Source of the DNA: a bacterium
GTDB taxonomy: Bacteria > Hydrothermota > 32-111
Length of the DNA: 41,616 nucleotides
Assembly (NCBI GenBank): GCA_050239825.1
Contig: JBFXGO010000021.1
Coordinates: forward strand, 1 to 41,616
Direction of reading: 5' to 3'
Positions 10,283 to 19,625 of this stretch are shown one piece after another (position 1 is the first letter of the stretch; the number at the start of each line of letters is the position of its first letter). The position numbers were made by a program, and so were the translations under genes. The notes under the pieces are model-generated. The model saw nothing but the letters and a program-made list of their open reading frames with translations. It searched no databases and was not told the origin of the DNA.

Positions 10283-11746
10283 TTATTCAATAAGAAATTG
10301 TTTTTGATTCATCTCAGGAGAATTTTCCATAAGACCGGCCTCTTTCGATTTTATAAATTCTCGCGCTACCTCTCTGTACTGCGCGGATGTATATTCCTTC
10401 ATCTGCCTTTGCGTATAGAAAAAGAAAACCGAAGCGAAGAGAGCGGCTGATAAAAGAAACAATTCAAACTTTACATTTCTTTTCTCCCAGTTGTCCTCTG
10501 TCTGCTCAGTTATGAACATCGTAAACAGCATTCTCAGAAGAACAAACGCCTCTATTGTGAAAGCCGTCAAAAGGATACCGACTGGAAAATATCTGTTTTC
10601 CGAAACCAGTGATTTTATCATCTCATATTTAACTATGAAGCCGAGAGATGGAGGAATGAATGAGATTGAAAATGCCGATATAAGAAATGACAGTACAACG
10701 AAAGATTTGTTTTTAAAAGCGCCGCGGAGATTTTCAATGAATTCCCTTTTAAGCAAGTCAATTGAAATCAAGAGCAAAACACCCATGAAAATCAATTGAA
10801 TCGCTCCTGATGAGTAGAAAGAATCACCTTTAATAACGCCGAAAAGATACACGGAGAGAGTTTCGGATGAGAGAAGAATCACAAAAGAGGAAGAGAATTC
10901 GGATATATTTTTCTTGACAAAAAGCAAAAGAGAAGAAAAAAGGACTGAAACAGTCGAGAGCAGATAAACGAAATAGAGTGAATTTTGATTTTCAAAGACA
11001 AAAAAGAATGATTTGCCTATAAATAAAACCGCGGGAATTGATATGAACGAATACCACATTGCCCTCTTCCCTTCCTTTAGATTTGCCAGATAATCGTAGG
11101 AGAATATGTTGAATGGGAATCCGCCTGTTTGAATGAATAACGCCAAAGATAGAAGGATAAGCATCAAATTGAAATTTTGTTCGCCTGGAATAATGCCGCG
11201 GCTTTCAATAAAAGCTGTAATGGAGAGCGCAGCGGCCGACGCAGCAATTGCAATTGAAATAAATATTCCCGATAACAGACGGCCTTTGGCGAAACCGGAT
11301 TTTGAACTTGTGTTATCATCGTATAGTAGAAAGATGAACATTGCCATATAGGATAAGAATACGAAATGCAGAATATCTGCAGATTGAACGGACAAAAGAG
11401 CCATGGCGGAAATAAAAGAGAGAAGAGAATAGTCCCTTGAATCAGCATTCTCTGATAATAAAAGTCCCACTGCGAATATAATAGAAATAATAGAGACTGC
11501 AAGAGATGCAACAAGAGTGAGGGTTGAAAATTCAAGAAATGAGCTATGCATGCCTTTAAAGCCAGAAAGAGAGATTATCTCAGTAGAATAAAGAGAGACA
11601 GGTATCCGAAGCGCAAATACGAGTGAGTTGAAAATAAAAATAAGTAGCAGTGAAAACTTCACCACGTTTCCGAAAATTGATTTAAGCATTAAAACAGTTA
11701 TTCCAGCTATTAACAAAAGGGCGGGAGGCAAAAACAGATTAATCAT
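10283..11746 (-). CDS. MrpD/MbhH-like antiporter-like subunit, divergent
   Basis: Multi-TM protein with GGFPF, LRG and PPSLGFIVK (cf. PP..GF.SK). Confidence 0.7.
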   Translation of the reverse strand: MINLFLPPALLLIAGITVLMLKSIFGNVVKFSLLLIFIFNSLVFALRIPVSLYSTEIISLSGFKGMHSSFLEFSTLTLVASLAVSIISIIFAVGLLLSENADSRDYSLLSFISAMALLSVQSADILHFVFLSYMAMFIFLLYDDNTSSKSGFAKGRLLSGIFISIAIAASAAALSITAFIESRGIIPGEQNFNLMLILLSLALFIQTGGFPFNIFSYDYLANLKEGKRAMWYSFISIPAVLFIGKSFFFVFENQNSLYFVYLLSTVSVLFSSLLLFVKKNISEFSSSFVILLSSETLSVYLFGVIKGDSFYSSGAIQLIFMGVLLLISIDLLKREFIENLRGAFKNKSFVVLSFLISAFSISFIPPSLGFIVKYEMIKSLVSENRYFPVGILLTAFTIEAFVLLRMLFTMFITEQTEDNWEKRNVKFELFLLSAALFASVFFFYTQRQMKEYTSAQYREVAREFIKSKEAGLMENSPEMNQKQFLIE

Positions 11747-12065
11747 AATTTTTGGGCCTGTAATCCTTTTCCATCATTTGATCGTCATTCGAATGCATTT
11801 TTAATGCAAATATGTAAAGAATCATTCCAATAAATTTAAGGAGAATGAAAAGCAGTGCGAAGAGTTCAATATAGCTGTATACATCCAAATCTTTTCTGCC
11901 TGCGCCTGCAAAATAAAACAACATTGCATACGCTATTACAGCATCCGTTACCATGGAAATAAAGAGCATCATCTTTATAACATTCTTTGTCAAGAGAGCG
12001 CCGATCAATCCAATTGACAGGAGCATAAATAAAATAAACACAATAATGTTGAAACTAATCATCAT
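11739..12065 (-). CDS. MrpC/NuoK-like subunit
   Basis: IGLIGALLTKNVIKMM (cf. GLYG....NL.K); 3 TM segments. Confidence 0.7.
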   Translation of the reverse strand: MMISFNIIVFILFMLLSIGLIGALLTKNVIKMMLFISMVTDAVIAYAMLFYFAGAGRKDLDVYSYIELFALLFILLKFIGMILYIFALKMHSNDDQMMEKDYRPKNYD

Positions 12066-12708
12066 TTTCTTTCTCCATGAGCAATGCATCAAGCAAATAT
12101 ATAATGCATAAAGCAGATGCCAAGGCGACTATGAAACAAAAAAGCGCGTCATAAATATCAAATCTTCCCGCAAAAATCATTTTATGCATAAAATAAGGTT
12201 TGATAAAAAATGAATTGTTTGTAATTATTCCGATCATCTGAAGAAGCATCATACAAAGGAATAAGATTGATGCTGAAAGAAAAACATTCATTGTTTTTAA
12301 TCGGGATGCCGACAACATAATTATAAAAAAAACCGAGGAACCGGCAAAAATGCCAGTTCCGAACTCAAAATGAGGCACATTAAATCCATTAGCAAAATAG
12401 AAAGAGAGAGAGATTATCGAAAATATAGAAACCAGCCGCCCAGTTCTCTTCATGCTCCTGCGGGAGTTTGATGAAAATATGACGGAATCGTTGCCGATGA
12501 AAGGGGTCAAAGACAATGCAAATATTAAGAAAATTATTAGAGAGATAACATATAACGGGTGTGATTCAGACTGTTCCGTTTGACCTGTGCTACTTGAATG
12601 ATTATTTAATACAGGTCTGTTCAGTTCAATTCCTGCATAAAGAGTGAAAAGAAAATAAGCGCTTGAAGCAGCTGCTATCACAAACAAGAGAAATATAATG
12701 TATTTCAT
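12055..12708 (-). CDS. MrpB/MbhE-F-like membrane subunit
   Basis: Hydrophobic; position before mrpC-like; weak remnant P..EF.TG of the PGGGFQ.G motif. Confidence 0.5.
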   Translation of the reverse strand: MKYIIFLLFVIAAASSAYFLFTLYAGIELNRPVLNNHSSSTGQTEQSESHPLYVISLIIFLIFALSLTPFIGNDSVIFSSNSRRSMKRTGRLVSIFSIISLSFYFANGFNVPHFEFGTGIFAGSSVFFIIMLSASRLKTMNVFLSASILFLCMMLLQMIGIITNNSFFIKPYFMHKMIFAGRFDIYDALFCFIVALASALCIIYLLDALLMEKENDD

Positions 12709-12959
12709 TTTTTCTTAGATGGTTTCAGAGCTTTAATCATAAATGCGTTTATAATCAAACATGAGAGCATCAGATTAACCAAAGCAACATTCACAAAACC
12801 GAGGCTGAACATTAAAAAACTCAAAACAAAATTGTAAATGAATGATAACAATATAATTGAAATAAATCTTTTTACAAAGTAAAGCATGAATGAGGCGGAT
12901 GCCATCAGAAAAACTGTTAAAATCAAATAAAGTTCAGCTATCTTCATCTTTTTCCGCAT
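12705..12959 (-). CDS. MbhD/DUF4040-like small membrane subunit
   Basis: 3 TM segments; LGFVNVALVN (cf. L.APDVA.TE); position in cluster. Confidence 0.5.
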   Translation of the reverse strand: MRKKMKIAELYLILTVFLMASASFMLYFVKRFISIILLSFIYNFVLSFLMFSLGFVNVALVNLMLSCLIINAFMIKALKPSKKK

Positions 12960-13209
12960 CCTCTCTCTGAAAAAGGTAAGGCAGGGTTTTGGAAAATAAA
13001 ACGAAACCGAGAATCAACGATTGAATAATATAATATGCAACAAACATGTCAATTATCAATGCCGACAACATGTAAAGAAGAAGTGAAATTACCGATAATA
13101 CCATGAAAACCATGCTCGCCTTTTTGTTAAACCATGTTGTCTGCTTGAACATGTAAACCAGAGAAAAGAATGTGAATACAAAAAATAACAGAAAGAAAAG
13201 CGCATCCAC
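12934..13209 (-). CDS. Small membrane protein, MrpG/MbhC position
   Basis: 3 TM segments; assigned by size and gene order only. Confidence 0.4.
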   Translation of the reverse strand: MDALFFLLFFVFTFFSLVYMFKQTTWFNKKASMVFMVLSVISLLLYMLSALIIDMFVAYYIIQSLILGFVLFSKTLPYLFQREDAEKDEDS

Positions 13210-13455
13210 CTAATTCTCTCCTTCTGTGAGATATTTAAGCAGAAAGAGCACAAATAAGAAAAATGTAATGTTCGCGAGATTCATGAAACTAAGGATGGAA
13301 ATATCGGTTTCAATTTTATAGAGGTAAAATGCAAAAATGTTGAAATAAACATAAAAATAACACAAACCGAAAATTTTATCTTTTACATTGCGCCTCTTTG
13401 ATATAAAGAGTATAAGAGCCATGAGAACGACGACAAAAAGCGCAATGAAAATCAT
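13210..13455 (-). CDS. Small membrane protein, MrpF/MbhB position
   Basis: 3 TM segments; NVKDKIFGL (cf. T..DR.VA.D); gene order. Confidence 0.45.
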   Translation of the reverse strand: MIFIALFVVVLMALILFISKRRNVKDKIFGLCYFYVYFNIFAFYLYKIETDISILSFMNLANITFFLFVLFLLKYLTEGEN

Positions 13456-13772
13456 CTTTTCACCATTTTGACAAAAGAGTCAAATCTTTTAAGAATGATT
13501 GAATCAGATTTATAATTGACATAAACTATTCTGGCAGCCTCCCTCGTTATGAGAACTGAATTTATATTGACATCAATATAAAAAAATGATTTTAACAGTC
13601 TTCTGTGATTTTCGGAAAACCCGGCAATCGGAAGTTTGACTGTCTTGGATTTATCTGTTTCATCTGATGAGAATAGATTTTTAAAAATGCTGAATGCATC
13701 ATGAACAAAGACCTTAAAAAGAATTTTCAAGAGAGTAAAAAATCTGACACCTTTAGCATTCATCTGTTTCAC
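13452..13772 (-). CDS. MrpE/MbhA-like subunit
   Basis: First gene of the cluster; size and C-terminal FDSFVKMV (cf. FE..L..I). Confidence 0.4.
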   Translation of the reverse strand: MKQMNAKGVRFFTLLKILFKVFVHDAFSIFKNLFSSDETDKSKTVKLPIAGFSENHRRLLKSFFYIDVNINSVLITREAARIVYVNYKSDSIILKRFDSFVKMVKR

Positions 13773-14773
13773 CTGCTTTTAATATATTCAATTATCAAAT
13801 CTCTTGTCGCATTAAGCGCTTTTATATGAGTTCTCTCGACTCCGTGGGATGCTGAGACTCCGGGCCCTATTAGAGCCACCCTCAAGTCACAGCCTGCGGA
13901 TAATGCGGCGGACCCGTCGGAACCGTAATAAGGGAATATGTCAAGCTTGTAATTCAAGTTTTTGTCTTTTGCCAATTTTAACAGTTCTGCGGTAAGTTCA
14001 TAATCATAAGGCCCAGTCGAATCCTTCGGGCAAATCGACACTGAATACTCATCTCCCTCGACTCCTTCTCCAACGACGCCCATATCGGCAACCAGAAGTT
14101 CTTTTACAGAGGAGGGAATTCCTGAAGAAGCCCCGTGTCCGACCTCCTCATAATTGGAGAAAAAGAATCCCACACTGTGATTGTCGATTAAATCCTTGCA
14201 GTTGGACAGCACATCCATAAGAATCCCTACGCAAGCCTTATCATCAAGAAATCTTGACTTCACAAAACCGGTCTCTGTAAACTGGTATTTCGGATCGAAA
14301 AGAACATAGTCACCCACCTCTATCCCGAGTTTCTTTGTAGCTTCTGCAGACACCACCTCTGCATCAAGCCTGACAAACATATTATCCGTGCTCCTTTCGG
14401 TCTTCGATACATCCCTGTTTACATGTGTCGAAGGATTATTGATAAGATAAGTTCCGGAGTAAATTCTGTTGTCCCTTGTGATTATTTTTACATATTCTCC
14501 TTCAAAAGAATTATTCGGATACCCGCCGATTTGAGCTATCATTAAAGAACCGTCGGATTTGATTCTCCTGACAATGCCGCCTAATGTGTCAACATGAACA
14601 GATACGGCGCAGGAGACATTTTTTCCGTTTGAGACAAAGAGAGCCTTTTTGTTTGTGACGATGGTCTCATATCCTATTTTGGCGAATTTTTCTTTGAGGT
14701 GTTGGATTGCTTTATCTGTATATCCAGAGGGAGAATCAATCTTTACAATTTCACGAATGTAATCATTTATCAT
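13769..14773 (-). CDS. M42 family metallo-aminopeptidase
   Basis: SPSG, HVDTLG, FLDDK, NYEEVGHG, ADMG, SHGVER. Confidence 0.92.
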   Translation of the reverse strand: MINDYIREIVKIDSPSGYTDKAIQHLKEKFAKIGYETIVTNKKALFVSNGKNVSCAVSVHVDTLGGIVRRIKSDGSLMIAQIGGYPNNSFEGEYVKIITRDNRIYSGTYLINNPSTHVNRDVSKTERSTDNMFVRLDAEVVSAEATKKLGIEVGDYVLFDPKYQFTETGFVKSRFLDDKACVGILMDVLSNCKDLIDNHSVGFFFSNYEEVGHGASSGIPSSVKELLVADMGVVGEGVEGDEYSVSICPKDSTGPYDYELTAELLKLAKDKNLNYKLDIFPYYGSDGSAALSAGCDLRVALIGPGVSASHGVERTHIKALNATRDLIIEYIKSR

Positions 14774-14782
14774 AGTTTCTCC

Positions 14783-16612
14783 TTACTTTAATATAAGTTG
14801 TTTTGTAATTTTATTGCTTCTGCTGTCATATAAGAAGTAAACCCCGTTTTTTAGATTTTTTTTGTTCGACCCTGTCTTTCTTCCGCTTGAGTCTATATAC
14901 GACATGCTTTCAAGAATGGCATACGGTTTTTCATTTTTTTTCACAGGATCCTCTTTTTTTAAAGTGAGATTTCTGGTCAAAAGCAAAACAGCTCCTCCTG
15001 AAAAAACAAGAACAGCGGTAGTATCACATATAGACGCATCAACTATGCCGGAATACTCTTTCAGCGGAGGCGCAACGGATGCCATGGTTGAATCAATCAA
15101 AATCAATGAATCTGGAGTGACAATCAAGAGAAGATTCTTTTCGTTCTTCATTCTTCTGTAATCGCCGTTATAAAAAGTGTCAAGAGAGGTTAACAAAGAA
15201 TCTGTCTTCATAACCATCTCCCTTTCAACTCCTATGTACAGCTCTCCTCCTGCCGATTTCACTTCATTTATCAGTCCCTCTCCTGAGAATACCCTGAAGA
15301 GCAAGGATAGAGAATCAGGAACGCAGAGTCCGTAGAAGCCGGATGCGGCTTTTAGCTGTCCGTTATAGCTGCAGATATCATATACAGGAACTCCGAGAAG
15401 AGCATTGACTTTAAAGTTTGAACCATCCGTTCCGCATGAGGCGATCGCTCCCTCCTTTGACGACAGACAAAGAGAGTCCACAAAGCGAGCCGCTGACGAG
15501 GGGATGAAGAGAGATTGTATCGTTTTGAATGAGTCGCCCTCACAAATCAATATTGTAGAATCATCATATACAGCATATAAGTCCCTCTGAAATAAAAATC
15601 CTGTTTTTTCATGGAGAAATGAGAGAGAATCATTTAAAATGAATAGTGTGTCTTGTGAAAACAACATATAGCTTGATGAATCGGAGCAGACGTTGAGGAT
15701 GTTTTTCGAGAAACCGATTGTTGAAGCTGAAGAAGCGTGAATTTCTTTCGATGTAACATTGGTTTCTGAAAGAACATAAATGGAATCTCCCGAAATAATC
15801 ACATCTTTTGTCTTGCCTCCGGCATAAATAGAATCAATATAGGTAAAGTTTACGGAATCGGTGAATTGGATTATGAATACCGAATCATCTGTTGCAAGAG
15901 CAAAAATCGTGTCAAGGCAAAATGAGCTGATGAAGCTCTTGCTTACAGGATTTGCAGATAATCTGCTTATTGAATCATTGTTAATTGAATAAAATTCCAG
16001 AGTATTGCCTGATGAATTTGCCACAAACACCCCGAAATCATTAACAAAGACAAATGAAGCATTCTCTGTTTCAATGAAGTTTGTCTGATGGTACCTGCCT
16101 CCGGATATGAAACCAAAGGAAAGAATCTCTCCCATATTCTTCATAGATACGACAGCTGAATCCTTAACGGCCATGGATAGTACATTTGACTGGTTAAAGC
16201 CGGAGATGTTCTCGAAAGAGAACGTATCAATGCGAAGAAGTTTTGAGCAGTTCTTAAAAGAAGCCAGAAGTATATTTTTTGAAAATTTTATATCCTCTGC
16301 ACCCGCGAGTGAGGAAATTGTATAAAGAATTTTTACACTATCCCCCTCCAAGGAATAAACATTTACTCTCCCGTCAAAATAAAGCGAAAACATAAGGTCA
16401 TCTTCAGACGATATGGCTTTCGTGTTGCCGTTGAATGAAAATATCTGCGCATTTTGTGATTGGATATCAAAAGAACCGAGATTTGTGAGAACCTCACTGC
16501 GGTTTATAATTTTCTCTCCCCTTCCTATGTCAACTATGTCAGTCAACTGCCAGTTCTCCGCAGCTAAAAGCACAATAAAAGGAAGAGAGAATAAAACAAT
16601 CAAAATTTTCAT
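14783..16612 (-). CDS. Secreted beta-rich (propeller-like) protein with degenerate T9SS CTD-like tail
   Basis: Signal peptide, repeated short beta-strand units, C-terminus IDSSGRK..LKNGVYFL..KQLILK. Confidence 0.6.
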   Translation of the reverse strand: MKILIVLFSLPFIVLLAAENWQLTDIVDIGRGEKIINRSEVLTNLGSFDIQSQNAQIFSFNGNTKAISSEDDLMFSLYFDGRVNVYSLEGDSVKILYTISSLAGAEDIKFSKNILLASFKNCSKLLRIDTFSFENISGFNQSNVLSMAVKDSAVVSMKNMGEILSFGFISGGRYHQTNFIETENASFVFVNDFGVFVANSSGNTLEFYSINNDSISRLSANPVSKSFISSFCLDTIFALATDDSVFIIQFTDSVNFTYIDSIYAGGKTKDVIISGDSIYVLSETNVTSKEIHASSASTIGFSKNILNVCSDSSSYMLFSQDTLFILNDSLSFLHEKTGFLFQRDLYAVYDDSTILICEGDSFKTIQSLFIPSSAARFVDSLCLSSKEGAIASCGTDGSNFKVNALLGVPVYDICSYNGQLKAASGFYGLCVPDSLSLLFRVFSGEGLINEVKSAGGELYIGVEREMVMKTDSLLTSLDTFYNGDYRRMKNEKNLLLIVTPDSLILIDSTMASVAPPLKEYSGIVDASICDTTAVLVFSGGAVLLLTRNLTLKKEDPVKKNEKPYAILESMSYIDSSGRKTGSNKKNLKNGVYFLYDSRSNKITKQLILK

Positions 16613-16620
16613 AAGCTATT

Positions 16621-16648
16621 ATTATAATATTAATAATATAATAGTCAA
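16621..16648 (-). promoter_or_regulatory. Promoter of the 16612->2163 gene run
   Basis: TTGACT-N16-TATAAT ending 8 nt before the ATG at 16612. Confidence 0.6.
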
Positions 16649-16654
16649 TAAGAG

Positions 16655-16682
16655 AGAGGGGGGCTTTCGCCCCCCTCTTTTT
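16655..16682. terminator. Intrinsic terminator hairpin downstream of pruA
   Basis: AGAGGGGGGC-TTTC-GCCCCCCTCT stem with T-rich flanks. Confidence 0.8.
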
Positions 16683-16703
16683 ATTGTTTTGCAGTATTAC
16701 TGA

Positions 16704-18275
16704 TTATACTTTTTCACTAACCATTTTTGCCTGCAGGAACAGAAGCAGGTAATCTGTACCTCCAGCTTTGGAGTCTGTACCCGACATGTTGAATCCTCCG
16801 AAAGGATGCACGCCAACCAACGCTCCGGTGCAGCCGCGATTGAGATAAAGAGTTCCTGTGAAGAGCTCCTTTGCCGCCTTCTCAAGATTAGCTCTTGATT
16901 TTGTGTAGATTGCGCCAGTCAAACCGTAGTTAGTGTCATTTGCTATCTCTATCGAATGTTCAAGAGAATCAGATTTGATTATTGAAAGCACGGGACCAAA
17001 TATCTCTTCCTGCTCCAGCTTGGATTTCGGTTTAATATCAGCAAAGACGGTCGGTTGAATAAAATATCCGCCGTTAATATCCAAAGCAGAACCTCCTGTT
17101 ACAAGTCTGCCGTTCTTCTTTCCGAATTCAATATATTCCATTATCTTCTCTTTTGACCCTATATTTGCAACCGGACCCATGTTATAGTAATGAACCTCCG
17201 GCACTCTGAAATCTCTCGTGTCTCCCACTATGATTTTTTCAGTTCTCTCCTTTATCATGCTCACCATTTTATCATATACATCTTTGTTTATGATTGCCCT
17301 TGAACAGGCAGAGCATTTTTGCCCCTGGAAACCGAATGCTCCCTGTACTATGCCATTTGCCGCGGACTCAATATCTCCGTCATTTTCAACTATTATGTAA
17401 TCCTTTCCGCCCATCTCTGCTATAACTCTCTTGAGCCACTTTTGACCGGGATTAACCTTTGAAGCCCTCTCATAGATTCTTATTCCAATCTCCATTGAAC
17501 CCGTGAATGTTATGAAACGGGTCAAAGGATGGTCAACAAGAGTGTCTCCCACCTCTCCGCCGCTTCCCGGAAGATAGGTTAACACACCGTCAGGAAGACC
17601 TGCCTCTTTAAGTATCTCGTACAATTTATATGCAATCACCGGAGTGTCTGATGCCGGCTTTAAAATAACAGTGTTGCCTGTGACAAGCGCCGCGGTTGTC
17701 ATGCCTGTTGTTATTGCAAGAGGAAAATTCCATGGCGGTATTACTACACCTACTCCAAGGGGTATATAAAATTGTCTGTTGTCTTCTCCATTGATTTTGA
17801 CTATAGAGGTGTCTTTGGAGTAGCGCAGACCCTCTCTTGCATAGAATTCCAAAAAGTCTATCGCCTCTGCAGTGTCTGCATCCGCTTCAACCCAGTTCTT
17901 TCCCGCCTCTGTAACCATAACCGCATTAAGCTCCATCTTTCTCTGCCTCATTATTTCTGCGGCTCTTAAAAGTATTGCCGAGCGCTTTGCCTGACTCTCT
18001 CTGCTCCACCATTGAAAATTCCTGTGCGCTGATTCCAATGCCTCTATCGCCTGCTCTTTGGATGCCTTTGAAACAAAACCAACCACCTCTGACGGCTTTG
18101 ACGGATTGACGGATTTGATCTTTGCCGAATTCATTATCTCTTTTCCGTTCATTACAATCGGGTACTCTTTAGAGAATGTTTTCTCCACCTTTTTAATTGC
18201 TTCCTTCATTAGATTCTGCTCTTCGGCAGTCTTAAAGAAGTTTACTTTGTTGTTCTCAAACTCCTTCGTTATCAT
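16704..18275 (-). CDS. pruA: L-glutamate gamma-semialdehyde (P5C) dehydrogenase
   Basis: EAIDFLEFY, PWNFPLAI, FTGS, AEMGGK, FGFQGQKCSACSR, EEIFGP, PFGGFNMSGTDSKAGG. Confidence 0.95.
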   Translation of the reverse strand: MITKEFENNKVNFFKTAEEQNLMKEAIKKVEKTFSKEYPIVMNGKEIMNSAKIKSVNPSKPSEVVGFVSKASKEQAIEALESAHRNFQWWSRESQAKRSAILLRAAEIMRQRKMELNAVMVTEAGKNWVEADADTAEAIDFLEFYAREGLRYSKDTSIVKINGEDNRQFYIPLGVGVVIPPWNFPLAITTGMTTAALVTGNTVILKPASDTPVIAYKLYEILKEAGLPDGVLTYLPGSGGEVGDTLVDHPLTRFITFTGSMEIGIRIYERASKVNPGQKWLKRVIAEMGGKDYIIVENDGDIESAANGIVQGAFGFQGQKCSACSRAIINKDVYDKMVSMIKERTEKIIVGDTRDFRVPEVHYYNMGPVANIGSKEKIMEYIEFGKKNGRLVTGGSALDINGGYFIQPTVFADIKPKSKLEQEEIFGPVLSIIKSDSLEHSIEIANDTNYGLTGAIYTKSRANLEKAAKELFTGTLYLNRGCTGALVGVHPFGGFNMSGTDSKAGGTDYLLLFLQAKMVSEKV

Positions 18276-18287
18276 TGTTTCTCCTTT

Positions 18288-19625
18288 TTATTTTTTTATG
18301 AGACTGTTTATAAAACCTAAAACCTTCTTGTTGACAAATATATTATTTTCAAAAGACCACAGATCATATATATTATACGAATTAAGCCTCCTGTCAATAT
18401 TTTTGATATAGTATGCTTTGTTTTTCATCCTCTCTGCGGCACTAACTTCCTCTTTTGTCATGACTGTCCTGGATAAAATTAAATATGCATCTCCCGATTT
18501 TGCATAGAGGTTGGACAGGTCATCAACTTCTATTGAAGAATCCATCGCCTCAAATGCCTTGAATTTTCCAAAACTTGTGAAAAGATACTCTTTTTTTGCG
18601 GAATATTTTGCGAACATCATCCTCTCCCATTCGTTTAATTGTGTCAACGGAGGATTTATCAGAATCTTCTTTGAGTTGATTTTGCTTCTGCACAGGTCAA
18701 TGCAGATATCATTAAATGCTATAAATATGATTTCCGAATAAGCGCTCTTCAACTCCTTTTCGAGTTTATTTATTCTCTCCGGAAGCTCGCATCTGCTCTC
18801 TCTGTCAAGATCTATCTGAAGAGATATTACCGGGCATGTCAAATATTCAGCAATCTGTCTTGAAGTATAGGGTTTTATTGAACCACCTATATTTCCATTA
18901 TAATCGGATGAGAATGAAAAAGGAAGAATGACAACGACACTCTCTTTTAAATTATCATAAGACAATTCTCCCGAAAAACAGTCGAATGAAAAGAGAATGT
19001 GCCTCTTTTTAAGAGTAAAATCATCCTCAGTATATATTTTTGAAAAATTAATAGAATAGGGGTTTTTGAGTGGCACAGGATTCTTCTCTCTGATAATCTT
19101 CAATCCGTATATAAAGGCAGAATCAAAAGCAAAGTTCTTTGATTTAAAAACTCTGAAAGACTCATCCTTTATTTTTACCGATTTACCGTCATATTCCGAA
19201 TAAAAATAAGTATTTCTGTCAAGGTCAAAAGAGTAGAGTTTTTGTTTCATCGATGTCAGAGAATACAAAAACAGAGCGATGCTGCTGTTTCTCTTTATAT
19301 AATCGGTTTTATCAAGAAGAGATATTGAGACATTTTTTTCAGAGAGTCTCTTTTCCAGATTTGTGCCGTTTAAACTATATATTAAAGGTATCTTATTGTT
19401 TTCATAGTAAGTTTTACTTGAATATTTCAAATAGTCGCCGAAGCTTGTTTTGGTTTCAGTATATTCCTTTGAGTACCCGTCAAGCCAGAGCACTCTTTCA
19501 AACAATGAATTTTTGTCTGCGGTTATCTCTGAAACTGCTATAAGCTTTCCCTCTCTATAAATGGAATAATTATCACCCGGAAAAACATATATTGCTGAAA
19601 GGGCGAGAAAAATAAAGAGAATCAT
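18288..19625 (-). CDS. Hypothetical exported protein, possibly a degenerate alpha/beta hydrolase
   Basis: Long ORF abutting its neighbours; D.NGN....KPY...IAEYL segment; no GxSxG motif. Confidence 0.55.
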   Translation of the reverse strand: MILFIFLALSAIYVFPGDNYSIYREGKLIAVSEITADKNSLFERVLWLDGYSKEYTETKTSFGDYLKYSSKTYYENNKIPLIYSLNGTNLEKRLSEKNVSISLLDKTDYIKRNSSIALFLYSLTSMKQKLYSFDLDRNTYFYSEYDGKSVKIKDESFRVFKSKNFAFDSAFIYGLKIIREKNPVPLKNPYSINFSKIYTEDDFTLKKRHILFSFDCFSGELSYDNLKESVVVILPFSFSSDYNGNIGGSIKPYTSRQIAEYLTCPVISLQIDLDRESRCELPERINKLEKELKSAYSEIIFIAFNDICIDLCRSKINSKKILINPPLTQLNEWERMMFAKYSAKKEYLFTSFGKFKAFEAMDSSIEVDDLSNLYAKSGDAYLILSRTVMTKEEVSAAERMKNKAYYIKNIDRRLNSYNIYDLWSFENNIFVNKKVLGFINSLIKK

